A program made the translations under genes and the position numbers. This document shows positions 26,109 to 36,050 of a stretch of DNA of 64,000 nucleotides, in pieces. Below the pieces are notes generated by a model. It did not search any database and had not been told where the DNA came from. It saw nothing but the letters and a program-made list of their open reading frames with translations. The stretch is from NCBI GenBank assembly GCA_035534995.1, contig DATLQX010000141.1:11424-75423 (forward strand), written 5' to 3'. This stretch comes from Chloroflexota bacterium (lineage in GTDB: Bacteria; Chloroflexota; UBA5177; JANWHV01). Each line of letters begins with the position of its first letter. Within the stretch, counting starts at the first letter, position 1.

Positions 26109-28207
26109 CTCGCTTTCCGCCGGATCGATCTCGGCGCTTGCGGCTCGGCGGCAATCGGTTGAGTCTGGAGGACGAACTGGTGAATGGCCGCGTCCAGTCC
26201 GGCCGCCAGTTGGGACAATTCCTGGGCGCCGCCCGCAATCTCCCGGACCCCGGCCGTCTGCTCCGCCAGCGCGGATGTCGCGTCGGCGGCCCCAGCCACC
26301 GTGCTGGCGCTGAGTTGAGCGATGCCGCTTATCGCGGAAGTGGCCTGGCTGGTGCCTTCACGCATGGCCTGGGCGGCCTCGGCCGTGGAAGCCGCCACGC
26401 TCGCCACCGCGCCGGCAGCGCCATTGACCGCGGCGACCCGTTGGGTCATGTGATCGATCGCCCGCCCGATGCCGCCTGCCTGGGTGCTGGTTTGCTCCAC
26501 CACTCCCAGAATGCTCTGGAGGGCTGAACGTGCCTGACGGCCCAACACGGTGCTCTTCTCGACCTCCTGGCTGCCCACTTGCATGGCGGTCACCACCAGA
26601 CCAACCTGGTCCTGGATCGCCGCGATCCGTTGAGTGATCCCCCGTGTCTCGTTGCTTGCCCGCTCCGCCAGTTTCCGCACCTCACTGGCAACTACCGTAA
26701 AGCCCTTCCCGTGCTCTCCCGCCCTGGCTGCTTCGATGGCGGCGTTGAGGGCGAGCAGATTGGTTTGGGCGGCGATATCGTCGATGGCGGCGACGATGAC
26801 CCCGATCTCCTTGCTGCTTCTCCCCAGGGCCTCAACTTGCTCGACCCCATGAAGCACGGCGGTTCGCACGCCGTCAATGCTGTGAATCGTCTCATCGACG
26901 GCGACCCCGCCCTGACGCGCGGTGACCGCGGCGGTACTGGCGGCATCGATCACTGCTTGCACATCGCCGGTCGTACGCGCCAATGCGTCCCGCAACTCAG
27001 CCACCACCTCGTCCACATGGCCGAGGGCTTTTCGTTGTTCCAGCGTACCGCTCGCCACCAGGGAAACAGTAGCGGCCAGATCATCCATGCGGCCTGCCGT
27101 GTCAGCCGCCCGGTCGCGCTGACTCTCCGCGTCGCCGGCAACCGAGTCAATGGCGTGGGTGATGCGAGCACTTGTGTGATTCATCCGCTCGGTAGTGCTG
27201 GACAGCGCGGACGCCTTCTCCGCCACCTGAGTAGCGGATCGTGCTACCTGGCCGACCAACTGGCGCAAGTTGGCCAGCATGGTGGCGAAGGCCCGGCCCA
27301 GGTTGTCTTGCTCACTCTGCGGCTCGATCTCACCAGTAAGGTCGCCATCCGCGATGGCATCAGCCACCCCCACCAGCGCTTGTTGGTGTCCCACGATGGC
27401 GCGGAAGGAACGTGCTACCTCGCCCACCTCATCCCCGGTCTCCCGCGTGGGGAGGAGTCCATCGACCGCCGTATCTCCGTGGGCCAGGCGTTTGGCCGCG
27501 TTTGTGATGCTCTGCAATGGGCGGACGATGCTGTTTGCCAATCCGAGACCCAAGATCAGGCTGAGCAAGGCCAACACGCCGAGGCCGATAATCAGGGCCG
27601 TGAAGGTACGGTTATAGGTGTCTTGGGACGACTGATAGAGATCGTTCCCGTGGTACTGTTGAGCGCCCATCAAGCGATAGGTGATGTCGAGCAGGGTATC
27701 CAGGCGATCGTTAAAGAGGGTGGTCAGGCCGTCGATGGCCTGTTGGTGGCCCTGCCGCGACGCCAGGCTCTCGCTGAGCATGCCGTTCCGCACGGTGAGA
27801 AAGTTTTGCCAGGCAGTCGGCCACTTGGCGAGCAGTTGTTGTTGGTCGGCGTCGCCGGCGTGCAGTTGGTAGGCCGCGATCCCGCGCGACATGGCGTCGT
27901 CGAGGGTCGAGATCTCCGCTTGCACGGCCAGGTGGAGAATCTTCAGACCATCGCCCAGACCCTGACCGGCCCGAACCGTGGCATCCTGGGGTCTGGGAGT
28001 CAGGACAAATTGCGTCACCAACTGCCGCATCTGGTCCAGGTTCTCGCTGACCTGGGCCAGGGCAATGGTTGGGGCCAGGCGCTCGCGGTAGAGGACCGTC
28101 GAATTGGAATTGTTCGCGCGGAGGGCGGCGATGGCGACCAGGCAGAGGACAACCACGGGGAGGAAGATTCCGGCATTGCCGGCCAGCATCTTGCTTCGTA
28201 ATTTCAT
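26105..28207 (-). CDS. Methyl-accepting chemotaxis protein (4-helix-bundle sensor, HAMP, MA domain)
   Basis: Highly conserved signalling hairpin [38 protein letters not shown]. Two TM segments and HAMP. The ATG at 28207-28205 overlaps the upstream cupredoxin stop (ATGA). Confidence 0.92.
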   Translation of the reverse strand: MKLRSKMLAGNAGIFLPVVVLCLVAIAALRANNSNSTVLYRERLAPTIALAQVSENLDQMRQLVTQFVLTPRPQDATVRAGQGLGDGLKILHLAVQAEISTLDDAMSRGIAAYQLHAGDADQQQLLAKWPTAWQNFLTVRNGMLSESLASRQGHQQAIDGLTTLFNDRLDTLLDITYRLMGAQQYHGNDLYQSSQDTYNRTFTALIIGLGVLALLSLILGLGLANSIVRPLQSITNAAKRLAHGDTAVDGLLPTRETGDEVGEVARSFRAIVGHQQALVGVADAIADGDLTGEIEPQSEQDNLGRAFATMLANLRQLVGQVARSATQVAEKASALSSTTERMNHTSARITHAIDSVAGDAESQRDRAADTAGRMDDLAATVSLVASGTLEQRKALGHVDEVVAELRDALARTTGDVQAVIDAASTAAVTARQGGVAVDETIHSIDGVRTAVLHGVEQVEALGRSSKEIGVIVAAIDDIAAQTNLLALNAAIEAARAGEHGKGFTVVASEVRKLAERASNETRGITQRIAAIQDQVGLVVTAMQVGSQEVEKSTVLGRQARSALQSILGVVEQTSTQAGGIGRAIDHMTQRVAAVNGAAGAVASVAASTAEAAQAMREGTSQATSAISGIAQLSASTVAGAADATSALAEQTAGVREIAGGAQELSQLAAGLDAAIHQFVLQTQPIAAEPQAPRSIRRKAS

Positions 28208-29016
28208 GATACCACCAAAATCCACGCTTCCATGGGATCGCGGTCAGGGTAGCCGGACGCGCTGTCGTCCCGCGGGACCACGACATTCCAGCCGCCCATC
28301 TGGCCGATTACGCGTGTATGAATGGAACAGTAAATGTGGTAGAGACCGGGCGCGGTAAACGTGACCTGCCTTGTGGCGCCGCCGATCCCTGGCTCCCCGA
28401 CCGTGCCCAGCACCTCGAAGGCGGCCCCGGTTGGATCGTTGGGGTCGGTCACCATGTTATGCGCGTCGGAGTCGCCGTTGTGAAGCAGTACACTCCCACC
28501 CACGTGGATCACCGCCGCGTGCGGAGACATGAGGTCATGGAGCGCGGGCACGTGGATCGCGCTGTCGTAGGGAATGCCCGCGTTGCCGGGTACATAGATC
28601 CATCCCTGCAGCGGCAGATCCTGTGATGGCGCGTTAGGCAGCGAGTTGACCACGTCGTTATCGGCCTGGTAGTCGATAACATGGGCGGTGGATCCGTCAA
28701 AATAATGATAGAGGCCCGGCGTGGTCAGGGTGAGGGACGCGCTCCCGCCGCTCGGCACTGACAGCGAGAATTGGGCCGGATCATGCGGAGCGGCGGTAAG
28801 TTGGAGCGTCTGGGCCATCGCATTGGTGAACTCAATCGACTGGCCTGGCTTGGCCAGGGCCACTCTAGGGGTGAAGGCCGGGGTCGCGGCTGATACCTGA
28901 ATGGTTATCGGCGCGGCCTGGGTGACGCCGGGATGCAGCCACACGAGGCTGATTGCGGTTAGGGGTATGAGTACCGCCAGAACAAGGAGCAAGCGAACCG
29001 ATAGCTTTCGGGGCAT
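28204..29016 (-). CDS. Secreted two-domain cupredoxin-like protein; the C-terminal domain has a plastocyanin-type Cu site
   Basis: Signal or TM N-terminus. Second domain: AHNMVTD ... [20 protein letters not shown] (His...Cys-x2-His...Met ligand pattern). First domain: [13 protein letters not shown], which lacks the Cys. Confidence 0.7.
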   Translation of the reverse strand: MPRKLSVRLLLVLAVLIPLTAISLVWLHPGVTQAAPITIQVSAATPAFTPRVALAKPGQSIEFTNAMAQTLQLTAAPHDPAQFSLSVPSGGSASLTLTTPGLYHYFDGSTAHVIDYQADNDVVNSLPNAPSQDLPLQGWIYVPGNAGIPYDSAIHVPALHDLMSPHAAVIHVGGSVLLHNGDSDAHNMVTDPNDPTGAAFEVLGTVGEPGIGGATRQVTFTAPGLYHIYCSIHTRVIGQMGGWNVVVPRDDSASGYPDRDPMEAWILVVS

Positions 29017-29410
29017 CGGCTATCCAATCCGAGAATACGCGACCGCACCAGTTTCTGGTTCTTGGCTCGCGCCTTTTCTCACAGTAATCTTTCGGCGTGA
29101 TGTCCGGAAACTAGAGACATATCTTGAGACAACACACACCAGGACGCTCACGACACGGCCGTTTCGGCGGACAGCTTCGGGTTTCGCGGACAACCGGCCG
29201 GTACTAGCCCTGTTCGTCGCGTGTATCACCCGATTGGCGGATGAACCAGCGCCCCCTGAGGAGCAATGTAGAGACAAGGACGACGCCCAGGTGCCGGCCC
29301 CTCGATGGCACGTTCTCGTGATCATGCCGGCGGCCAGGAAACACAATCCGGCCGGCGACCGTACGCACCGCCTGAAGGAACCGTCCACGACAGTTCGATA
29401 GGAGCTCAGA

Positions 29411-30265
29411 ATGCCGAAGATCAGTACCGATCGGGTGGTGGAAAGTCTTCCCTGGCTGGACAGCGTGGCGTCCGTCCTGGCAAAGGCTCTGGCGCCCATC
29501 CTGGGGCCGGAAGGAGACGCTCGGGTGAAGGACGCGCTCTATGGCACCTGGCTTGGTCATCCATTGCACCCGGCGCTCGTCTCGATGCCGATCGGTTTCT
29601 GGACCTCCACGGCTGTGCTCGATCTGTGTGGTAGGGAAGCAGAGGCCGATCTGACCCTTCAGCTGGGCTTGCTCAGTGCCCTGGGGGCGGCGGCATCAGG
29701 TGCCGCGCAATGGCAGGACACGCAGGATATGGTCAAGCCGAGGCGACTGGGCGCCCTTCACGCCACGCTCAACCTGGCCGCTGTAGCGGTGTACGGTACG
29801 TCCTGGTGGTTACGCGCGCAGGGCTCTCGGAAGGCTGGGGTCGCGGTCGCGATGGCCGGCCTCTCAATGGTGAACGTCTCGGGATGGCTGGGTGGTGACC
29901 TGGCGTACGTCCTGGGCCTGGGGGTGAATCGCGCCGCCTTTGAACCGCCCCTTACGGACTGGGTAGACGTTTTGGCCGACGCGGAGATTGAGGAAGGAGG
30001 CAAGGCGCGCATTGAGGCCAACGGAGTTCCTATTCTGCTCTCCCGCCGGGAGGGAAAGGTATGGGCCATCGCCGCGACCTGCACCCATCTCGGGGGACCA
30101 TTGGCGGACGGGACCGTGGAAGGGGACACTGTCACCTGCCCATGGCACGGGTCAACCTTCGACCTACGCGATGGCAGTGTAGTTCACGGCCCGGCCACCA
30201 TTCCGCAGACCTGTTTTCGGGTCCAGGTGCGGAATGGGCGAATCGCGGTACGCTCGGAGGCATAG
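29411..30265 (+). CDS. DUF2231-type membrane domain fused to a Rieske [2Fe-2S] domain
   Basis: LYGTWLGHPLHPALVSMPIGFW (DUF2231-like TM region). Rieske boxes CTHLGGP and CPWHGSTF. Confidence 0.85.
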   Translation: MPKISTDRVVESLPWLDSVASVLAKALAPILGPEGDARVKDALYGTWLGHPLHPALVSMPIGFWTSTAVLDLCGREAEADLTLQLGLLSALGAAASGAAQWQDTQDMVKPRRLGALHATLNLAAVAVYGTSWWLRAQGSRKAGVAVAMAGLSMVNVSGWLGGDLAYVLGLGVNRAAFEPPLTDWVDVLADAEIEEGGKARIEANGVPILLSRREGKVWAIAATCTHLGGPLADGTVEGDTVTCPWHGSTFDLRDGSVVHGPATIPQTCFRVQVRNGRIAVRSEA

Positions 30266-30381
30266 CCGGTCCCTACGTTCCACGGCGGCGCCGGGCCGGT
30301 CGTGACCGGCAGGCGTTCGCGACCCGCGACGGACCAACGCCGGGCTCACATCTTCGTGGCCGCTTGGGGAGGCGACCTTTG

Positions 30382-31233
30382 GTGAGAAGCATTCCGCGGA
30401 TCATCCTGGCCGGACTTCTGGCGGGAATGGTCCTCACGGCCGCTCCGCATCGCTCGACCCAGGGCGCGGGGATGCTCCAGATCCTGGCCTCGGTTGGAGG
30501 CCAGCCGGATGACATCACGATAGGCGCTCTCGGCGGTCTACTTTGGGGCGATCTCGCGCATGGGACCATTCGTAAACTCGTCGGTGGACGCACGACGACG
30601 GTAGTCCGTGGTCTCTCCGTGCCGGAAGGAATCGTGGTTCTCCCATCAGGATCCCTGGTGGTTGCCGAGCAAGGGAAGGACCGGGTGGTCCATGTCGCTC
30701 GGAACGGAACCAGCAGTATCCTCTACCCGCTGCGTCCAGTGCCCGGTCAGGATGGAGTCGATGGGATCGGTCGAGACCCACGAACCGGTGACCTGTTGAT
30801 CCCGGACTCGCCGCGCGGAATGGTCCTGGACCTCAGTCCTGATGGACGGCACGTCCGCGTGATCGCGCGGGGGCTTGGCCGCCCGGTTGACGCGGCGGTC
30901 GACCGGCGTGGTGACGTTCTGGTTCCGGACGAAACCCTGGGGACACTCGTAGTCATCACCCCCGGAGGGCGTATCTCCCGGGAGGGAACATTCCTCACCC
31001 CGGATGATGTCGCGGTGGACCATGCGGGGCGGGTATGGATCACCACGCTCGGCGATGGCGGTTTGTGGACTATCGACCCCGGTACAACCACTCCCAGGCG
31101 CGTGGTCGAGGGCCTGGCCGACCCCCAGGGCCTCACCCTCGACCGCTGCGGCGACCCCATCATCGTCGACCAGACTACCGCCTATATCGTGCGCTGGCTG
31201 CTCACTCCCGCCTCGGCGCGCTGTCCGATCTGA
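30382..31233 (+). CDS. Secreted beta-propeller protein (NHL / SMP-30-gluconolactonase-like)
   Basis: The GTG at 30382 lies 9 nt after GGGAGG. TM or signal segment RIILAGLLAGMVLTA, then repeated blades (PEGIVVLPSGSLVVAE, PVDAAVDRRGDVLVPD, PDDVAVDHAGRVWITT, PQGLTLDRCGDPIIVD). The longer track ORF would overlap the Rieske gene. Confidence 0.65.
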   Translation: MRSIPRIILAGLLAGMVLTAAPHRSTQGAGMLQILASVGGQPDDITIGALGGLLWGDLAHGTIRKLVGGRTTTVVRGLSVPEGIVVLPSGSLVVAEQGKDRVVHVARNGTSSILYPLRPVPGQDGVDGIGRDPRTGDLLIPDSPRGMVLDLSPDGRHVRVIARGLGRPVDAAVDRRGDVLVPDETLGTLVVITPGGRISREGTFLTPDDVAVDHAGRVWITTLGDGGLWTIDPGTTTPRRVVEGLADPQGLTLDRCGDPIIVDQTTAYIVRWLLTPASARCPI

Positions 31234-31290
31234 TCGGGGTCTGGGAGCGTGTGTCTCCAAACCCGCCGGCGTTCCCCTCTGGTTCCGGGT

Positions 31291-31416
31291 CGTCCGACTG
31301 ATCGGTCCGATCCGACCGATCAGTCGGATCGGGCTGATGAGCGTGAATCGCCAACACGCCGGTACCCGGATGGCGATGCGTTACCGACGCAAGCGGGCCT
31401 GGCGACCCGCGCTCCT
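31291..31416. repeat. Intergenic mosaic repeat, copy B (14-bp-stem hairpin plus the GCGGGCCTGGCGACCCGCGCT module)
   Basis: Hairpin ccgactgatcggtc-cgatcc-gaccgatcagtcgg (31294-31327). 31391-31416 gcgggcctggcgacccgcgctcctat matches 1451-1476 and the reverse complement of 1364-1389. The upstream approx 30 nt are also similar to copy A. Confidence 0.6.
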
Positions 31417-31615
31417 ATGCCGTGTCGATCCTCGCACACCCGGCCGCGGCCGTCGTCCCTGCCATCCGGCCTCAGCCGGGGGCCTTAACCGCCGCGGGCC
31501 ACCCTGGAAAGCTGGAGCCGGTTGACGGCAAGTGGTTCCGCGGGGCATCCTATGCCTACGAACGGCGCCGCGCGGTGTTGATGCCGCGAAGCAGGATGGA
31601 GAGAAGGCTGTTCAC

Positions 31616-32746
31616 ATGCGGACTCACCTTGCCCATATCTTTACCGGAGTCATTCTTGTTCTGACTCTGCTCGGGCCTCTCCCAGTCGCCGCGTCAGCAC
31701 GCTCGGTTTCGCCGCCAAGCCGGCAGCAGTTCACTTACCTGGGCGCGTCTGGCCCAATCGTGAGCGGACGGCCAACTCGTATCCCCAGTTATACCCTCGC
31801 TTTCCCGCTTGGCTGGACCGCGCAGCCCTGGCCGGATACGCTCGCCGGTTATGGGCAGGTCGCTCTGCGCGCACCCGGGGGCGGCGCTATCGACCTGGTG
31901 ATCCTGCCGCTGCGCCGGCATGGGCCCACGCTTGCCAATCTGATCAAACACGACCGCGCCTACTTCCCCAACGCGATCCAGGACGCGATCAGCCTGCCAC
32001 CTGGAAGAGCGATTCGTCTCTCGGGGACGCGCGGCGGCTCCGGGGTGGCAAACCAGATCCTGTACCTTGAGCGCCACGGAGTAGTCTATCGCTTCTTCTC
32101 CGATCAACCGCTTGGTCCCGCTCAAGATACCGTGCTCGCGCCGCTCGCGGCCGGCCTTCACGTGCCGGCGGTGCCAGGCGCCCGCCCTGGTGTCTTTCCG
32201 CCCCCGCCCGTCTCGCCCGCGTCCGGATCGACCTGCTGCCACTGCCCGGCCCTGGGGCAGAGTTGGGGGAAGGTACTTACCCATGTTGACGGCATCCCCG
32301 TCTTTTCCAACGCCGGAGACATCGATAACGGCTGCAATGGCACCACGGGCACGCTCTATCAGTGCGTCGAGCTCGTGCAGCGCTACTACACCCTCCGCTG
32401 GGGCTACCCCGCGATTTGGGGCGGGGTCGGCGGCGCCGCCGACATGCCCACGCACCACCCGGCCGGGATCACGTTCATTCCCAATGGCGGATCTCCGGGC
32501 CCAAGGGAGGGCGACGCCGTGGTGTTTTATGGTGGTTATTTTGGCCATGTCGCCCTGGTGCGGCACATCGACCGAAGCAAGGGCATAATTGATCTCGTGG
32601 AGGAGAATTGGTCGCCCACCGGGACGGCCAGCCTGACGATCTTTCCCGACAATACGATCGCCATCCGCGATAGCGCGTATGGGTCGTACACGGTGGCAGG
32701 CTGGTTGCATAGCACGTTGAATCATCCAACGTCCCCGAAGGACTGA
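31616..32746 (+). CDS. Secreted CHAP-domain protein (peptidoglycan amidase/peptidase) with an unassigned N-terminal domain
   Basis: Signal peptide. CHAP Cys context LYQCVELVQRYY and His context GYFGHVALV. GGAGAGAAGG lies upstream of the ATG at 31616. Confidence 0.8.
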   Translation: MRTHLAHIFTGVILVLTLLGPLPVAASARSVSPPSRQQFTYLGASGPIVSGRPTRIPSYTLAFPLGWTAQPWPDTLAGYGQVALRAPGGGAIDLVILPLRRHGPTLANLIKHDRAYFPNAIQDAISLPPGRAIRLSGTRGGSGVANQILYLERHGVVYRFFSDQPLGPAQDTVLAPLAAGLHVPAVPGARPGVFPPPPVSPASGSTCCHCPALGQSWGKVLTHVDGIPVFSNAGDIDNGCNGTTGTLYQCVELVQRYYTLRWGYPAIWGGVGGAADMPTHHPAGITFIPNGGSPGPREGDAVVFYGGYFGHVALVRHIDRSKGIIDLVEENWSPTGTASLTIFPDNTIAIRDSAYGSYTVAGWLHSTLNHPTSPKD

Positions 32747-33032
32747 ACGCGGTCATCTCCAAATGCCGCGCGGCCGCCCTGGCGGGTAGCCTTCTTTCAA
32801 AAGGCAATCTTTACCGTGATCCTGACACTTTAGGGTCAGGTTCTTGAGCGCCCACTTGTCCCGATCGCTCCATCACGCCCTCCGGTTGTATGGCGATTGT
32901 CACGGTCTTGGCAGGGTGCTGTCCATGGTGGCCGCGGGTCTGCCGGCTCAGAATGGGATCAGTGGCGGACGCGGCTTCCGCCCACCCGCTGGCGGTTCGT
33001 CAGGTCGGAATCAATGATCGGAGAAACACCCT

Positions 33033-35276
33033 ATGTACACCAAGCGTGCTCTCGGAACGGCGGTGGGAGCCCTTGCTCTCACGGCCGGCCTCCTCGGTCC
33101 CTACGCCCACCCTACCGCCGCCCAACCCGCGGCGAAAACCCGCGCGACCGCGGCGCAATACAGCCTCCAGAGGATTTCCAGCCCCAACGATCCCACCTTT
33201 ACCCAGTTGCTCGGGATCAATGATCAAGGGAGGATTGCCGGTTATTTCGGGAGCGGCCAGACGGTAAATGGCGATCTTCACCGCAACCAGGGCTTTACTC
33301 TCCGTTTGCCGTCCAGCTTCAAGGCCGAGAACGTGCCCCACGCGGCCCAGACGCAGGTCATCGCGATCAATAATCATGGCGACACCGCCGGCTTCTACAT
33401 TGACCACCAGGGGACGACCCATGGATTCCTGGAATCCGCTGGCCGTTTCCAACGCGCGGATCGGCAAGGGATGCCGTTTAATCAAATCCTCGGGTTGAAT
33501 GATCACGGACAAGCAGTGGGGTACGATCAGGATGCCCAGGGACACGATCATGCCTATATTCGTGACCGGCATGGAAGATTTACCCTGCTTCCGCTTACCG
33601 ATAGCCAGGCGACCGGGATCAACGACGCGGGGACGGTTGTGGGCTTTACCCAGCCATCGGCTGCCACATCGGCCGGGTTCATCCTCGAGGGTGGCCTCCT
33701 GAGTCTCCTCATCTATCCGGGATCGGCCTTTACCCAGGCCCTGGGCGAGAATACGTCGGGGCAGGTAGTTGGTTTTTACCACGATGGCGCGGGAAACTCG
33801 CACGGATTCATCTATGACACACACGCGCGGACCTTCCAGACGGTGGACGTGCTGGGCGCGTCCAGTACGACCCTGAATGGGATCAATAACGCCGGCCAGG
33901 TAGTTGGCTTTTTCACGGATGCCAACGGGAATACGGTCGGTCTGGTGGGCACGCCTGGTAGCGGCCAAACGGGGACAACGTCGACCGCGACCGCCACGCC
34001 AACCGCCAGTCCTAGCGCGTCGCCGACCGCGACTCCCACCGCCACGTCGACCATGACCAGCACCCAAACCATGAGTTCCACCATTAAGATTGGGCTGCTC
34101 TTGCCGTTCAGCGGCACGAATGCCGCACAGGGGCTCTCGGCCGAGCAGGGAGCGCAATTGGCGGTGAATCAGGCGAACGCGGCGAACCTGGTGCCTGGGG
34201 TCAATTTCGTACTCTCGGCCAGGGATGATCCCGGGAGTGCCAATGCACCAGGAAGCGATGCTAACCTTCAGGCCCTTACCAACGACCCGGAGGTAGCCGG
34301 GATCATTGGCCCCTTTGACACCACCACCGGTCGTGTCGAACTGCCGCTTGCCAATAAACTGGACGTGGCTCTGGTCAGCCCCTCGGCCGGCGATCCCTGC
34401 TTGACCAGCAGCGACGTCGCGGCCGGCTGCATCGGGAGCCCCTTTACTCTCGCCTCCGTGCGCCCAACCACCAATCTTACCTTCTTCCGTATCATCCCTA
34501 CCGACCCGAAACAGGGTATGGCGCTTGCCGACTATTTGTATAAGGTGCGGCATTTCCTCACTGCCTACGTCGTGGATGACACCGGTGCCTATGGCATCGG
34601 CGTGGCGAACGCCTTCAGTAGCGAATGGCAGTTGAATGGCGGAGTGGTGGTCGGACGAACCAGTGTGCCTGAAGGAACTGCCTCGTTTATCAACCTGCTG
34701 ACCCACATCGCGGTGGCACGCCCAGACGTGATTTTCTTCGGGGGCAGCGACCCGGCGTCGGGCTCCCCCGACAGTATCGCCATTCGCCGGCAAATGCTCC
34801 AGGTTCCTTCGCTAAAAGACACGGCTTTTGCCGGTGGAGATGGGATCGATACACCTCAGTTCGCCCAGGCGGTTGGTGCGTTTGGCGGGCCAGTCTGGAG
34901 CACGCTCACCCCTGCCGACCCCGCGGGCGTACCGGGGGCAAGCGCCTTCGTGGCACAGTATCAGGCCGCGTTCGGCGCCCCCGGCCGGTACAGCGCGAGC
35001 GGGTACGACAGCGCCAATGTTCTGCTCACGGCCATCGCCGCCGCCTTCAAGAAGGGCGCCCAGACACCAAGCGGCCCCGGCGCCGCGACGGAAGCAACGG
35101 CACTCCGCCAGATGGTGGTGGCGAACGTGGCGTCCACCTCGCTGGTTGGCGTGACCAACCCGGTCAGCTTTTCCCCTACTGGCGATCTCACCGAGGGCTT
35201 GATCAGCATCGAGCAACTTGGGAACGTGAATGGAGCACCTGGCTGGCAGCCGGCGGCGATCCAGAAAGTGCGATAA
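33033..35276 (+). CDS. Secreted fusion: HAF-like repeat (six repeats) - Thr/Pro linker - type I periplasmic binding protein (LivK / Peripla_BP_6-like)
   Basis: Six repeats of GIN(D/N)xGxxVG(F/Y)...HGF. Linker TSTATATPTASPSASPTATPTATST. Then IKIGLLLPFSGTNAAQGLSAEQGAQLAVNQANA...GIIGPFDT..., typical of Leu/Ile/Val-type binding proteins. Confidence 0.8.
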   Translation: MYTKRALGTAVGALALTAGLLGPYAHPTAAQPAAKTRATAAQYSLQRISSPNDPTFTQLLGINDQGRIAGYFGSGQTVNGDLHRNQGFTLRLPSSFKAENVPHAAQTQVIAINNHGDTAGFYIDHQGTTHGFLESAGRFQRADRQGMPFNQILGLNDHGQAVGYDQDAQGHDHAYIRDRHGRFTLLPLTDSQATGINDAGTVVGFTQPSAATSAGFILEGGLLSLLIYPGSAFTQALGENTSGQVVGFYHDGAGNSHGFIYDTHARTFQTVDVLGASSTTLNGINNAGQVVGFFTDANGNTVGLVGTPGSGQTGTTSTATATPTASPSASPTATPTATSTMTSTQTMSSTIKIGLLLPFSGTNAAQGLSAEQGAQLAVNQANAANLVPGVNFVLSARDDPGSANAPGSDANLQALTNDPEVAGIIGPFDTTTGRVELPLANKLDVALVSPSAGDPCLTSSDVAAGCIGSPFTLASVRPTTNLTFFRIIPTDPKQGMALADYLYKVRHFLTAYVVDDTGAYGIGVANAFSSEWQLNGGVVVGRTSVPEGTASFINLLTHIAVARPDVIFFGGSDPASGSPDSIAIRRQMLQVPSLKDTAFAGGDGIDTPQFAQAVGAFGGPVWSTLTPADPAGVPGASAFVAQYQAAFGAPGRYSASGYDSANVLLTAIAAAFKKGAQTPSGPGAATEATALRQMVVANVASTSLVGVTNPVSFSPTGDLTEGLISIEQLGNVNGAPGWQPAAIQKVR

Positions 35277-35297
35277 GCACCAGACTCGCGAACCATG

Positions 35298-35339
35298 CGC
35301 GGTAGTCCCACCCAAACATCCTTGGGTGGGACTACCGCG
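35298..35339 (+). terminator. 18-bp-stem hairpin downstream of the HAF-LivK gene
   Basis: cgcggtagtcccacccaa-acatcc-ttgggtgggactaccgcg, a perfect stem starting 22 nt after the stop. No U-tract. Confidence 0.55.
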
Positions 35340-35480
35340 ATCCAACTCACGGATCTGTCCAACCCGCAACAGATTAGACGTTTTCCCGGACGCCTCCCCA
35401 CATCAGCTTTCGGCCACGCTATCATGTTCTACGGCAGCGAAGCGATACCCACTACATACCTGTAACAAGGAGGGCCGCAT

Positions 35481-36041
35481 ATGACTGAAGTTGAGCGCTC
35501 CCTGGAATCCTTGCGCGCCCGCGTCGCGGTCCTGGAGACGGAGAACGGCCGGCTTCGACAGGCGAGTCCCGGCGTGGAGGCGGCTGGACGCGAGCTGCCT
35601 CGACGGTCGCTTCTGGTGGCCGGCCTGGGGCTCCTGGGAGCCGCCGCCGGCGGTGAGATTCTGGCTCAAGGACAGACCGCCCTCGCGGCCGGGGACGGCT
35701 CCTCCGCCGGATCATCCACCCTGGGATCCGCGGTGATCGGCGCCCAGTTTCGCCAACCCAAGCTCCTGGGCATGCGGGTGGCTCTGCGGGGCCAGCGGAG
35801 CAGTATGGCGACCTTTGCCCGCTACGAGTGGTCATTCGGGAAGCAGTTTACCGACAGGCAGCCGCCGATCGTGCTGGCATCGGTCCTTGATCCGGCCCTG
35901 AACGTCCTCCCCGGTGACGCGCCGGTCTGCTCGGTGTTTGTCTACGGCAGCCCAGGGGCGTACGCCGCGATGATCACCGTGCACAACCTGGGTGACGCCA
36001 CTCCTACGGTTGAAGTGAATTTGCTCGCGTTCGGCGGCTGA
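35481..36041 (+). CDS. Hypothetical anchored protein: N-terminal coiled coil, RR-containing TM/TAT-like segment, C-terminal beta domain (H-type-lectin-like is a guess)
   Basis: AAGGAGGG SD. LESLRARVAVLETENGRLRQ; RRSLLVAGLGLLGAAAGG; C-terminus YEWSFGKQFTDRQPPIVLASV...VCSVFVYG...YAAMITVHNLGD...VEVNLLAFG. Confidence 0.55.
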   Translation: MTEVERSLESLRARVAVLETENGRLRQASPGVEAAGRELPRRSLLVAGLGLLGAAAGGEILAQGQTALAAGDGSSAGSSTLGSAVIGAQFRQPKLLGMRVALRGQRSSMATFARYEWSFGKQFTDRQPPIVLASVLDPALNVLPGDAPVCSVFVYGSPGAYAAMITVHNLGDATPTVEVNLLAFGG

Positions 36042-36050
36042 TCAGGGCGC

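Noticed and set aside
26579-28201. 540-aa ORF on the + strand, antisense to the MCP gene. Similar very long antisense ORFs lie at 33000-34793 (597 aa), 40342-42075 (577 aa), 53793-55061 (422 aa), 18896-20050 (384 aa), 10928-11872 (314 aa) and 50468-51511 (347 aa).
   Set aside because: Their translations are Arg/Gly/Pro/His-rich with no recognisable motifs. The opposite strand carries unmistakable family signatures in each case. Long stop-free antisense frames are expected in a genome this GC-rich.
31416-31616. Possible c-di-AMP (ydaO-type) or other riboswitch in the 200-nt leader of the CHAP hydrolase gene. The same question applies to the M42 peptidase leader.
   Set aside because: I could not find the conserved ydaO blocks (ACCCGAAxCCG...AGCUAACC...GUAAGCG, GGGGUGAAUC) or any other riboswitch core that I know. 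A covariance-model scan would be needed to be certain.
32821-32846. Hairpin cctgac...gtcagg followed by ttcttg, considered as an intrinsic terminator of the CHAP gene.
   Set aside because: The stem is only 6 bp, the loop is 8 nt, and the T-tract is weak. This is insufficient to call.
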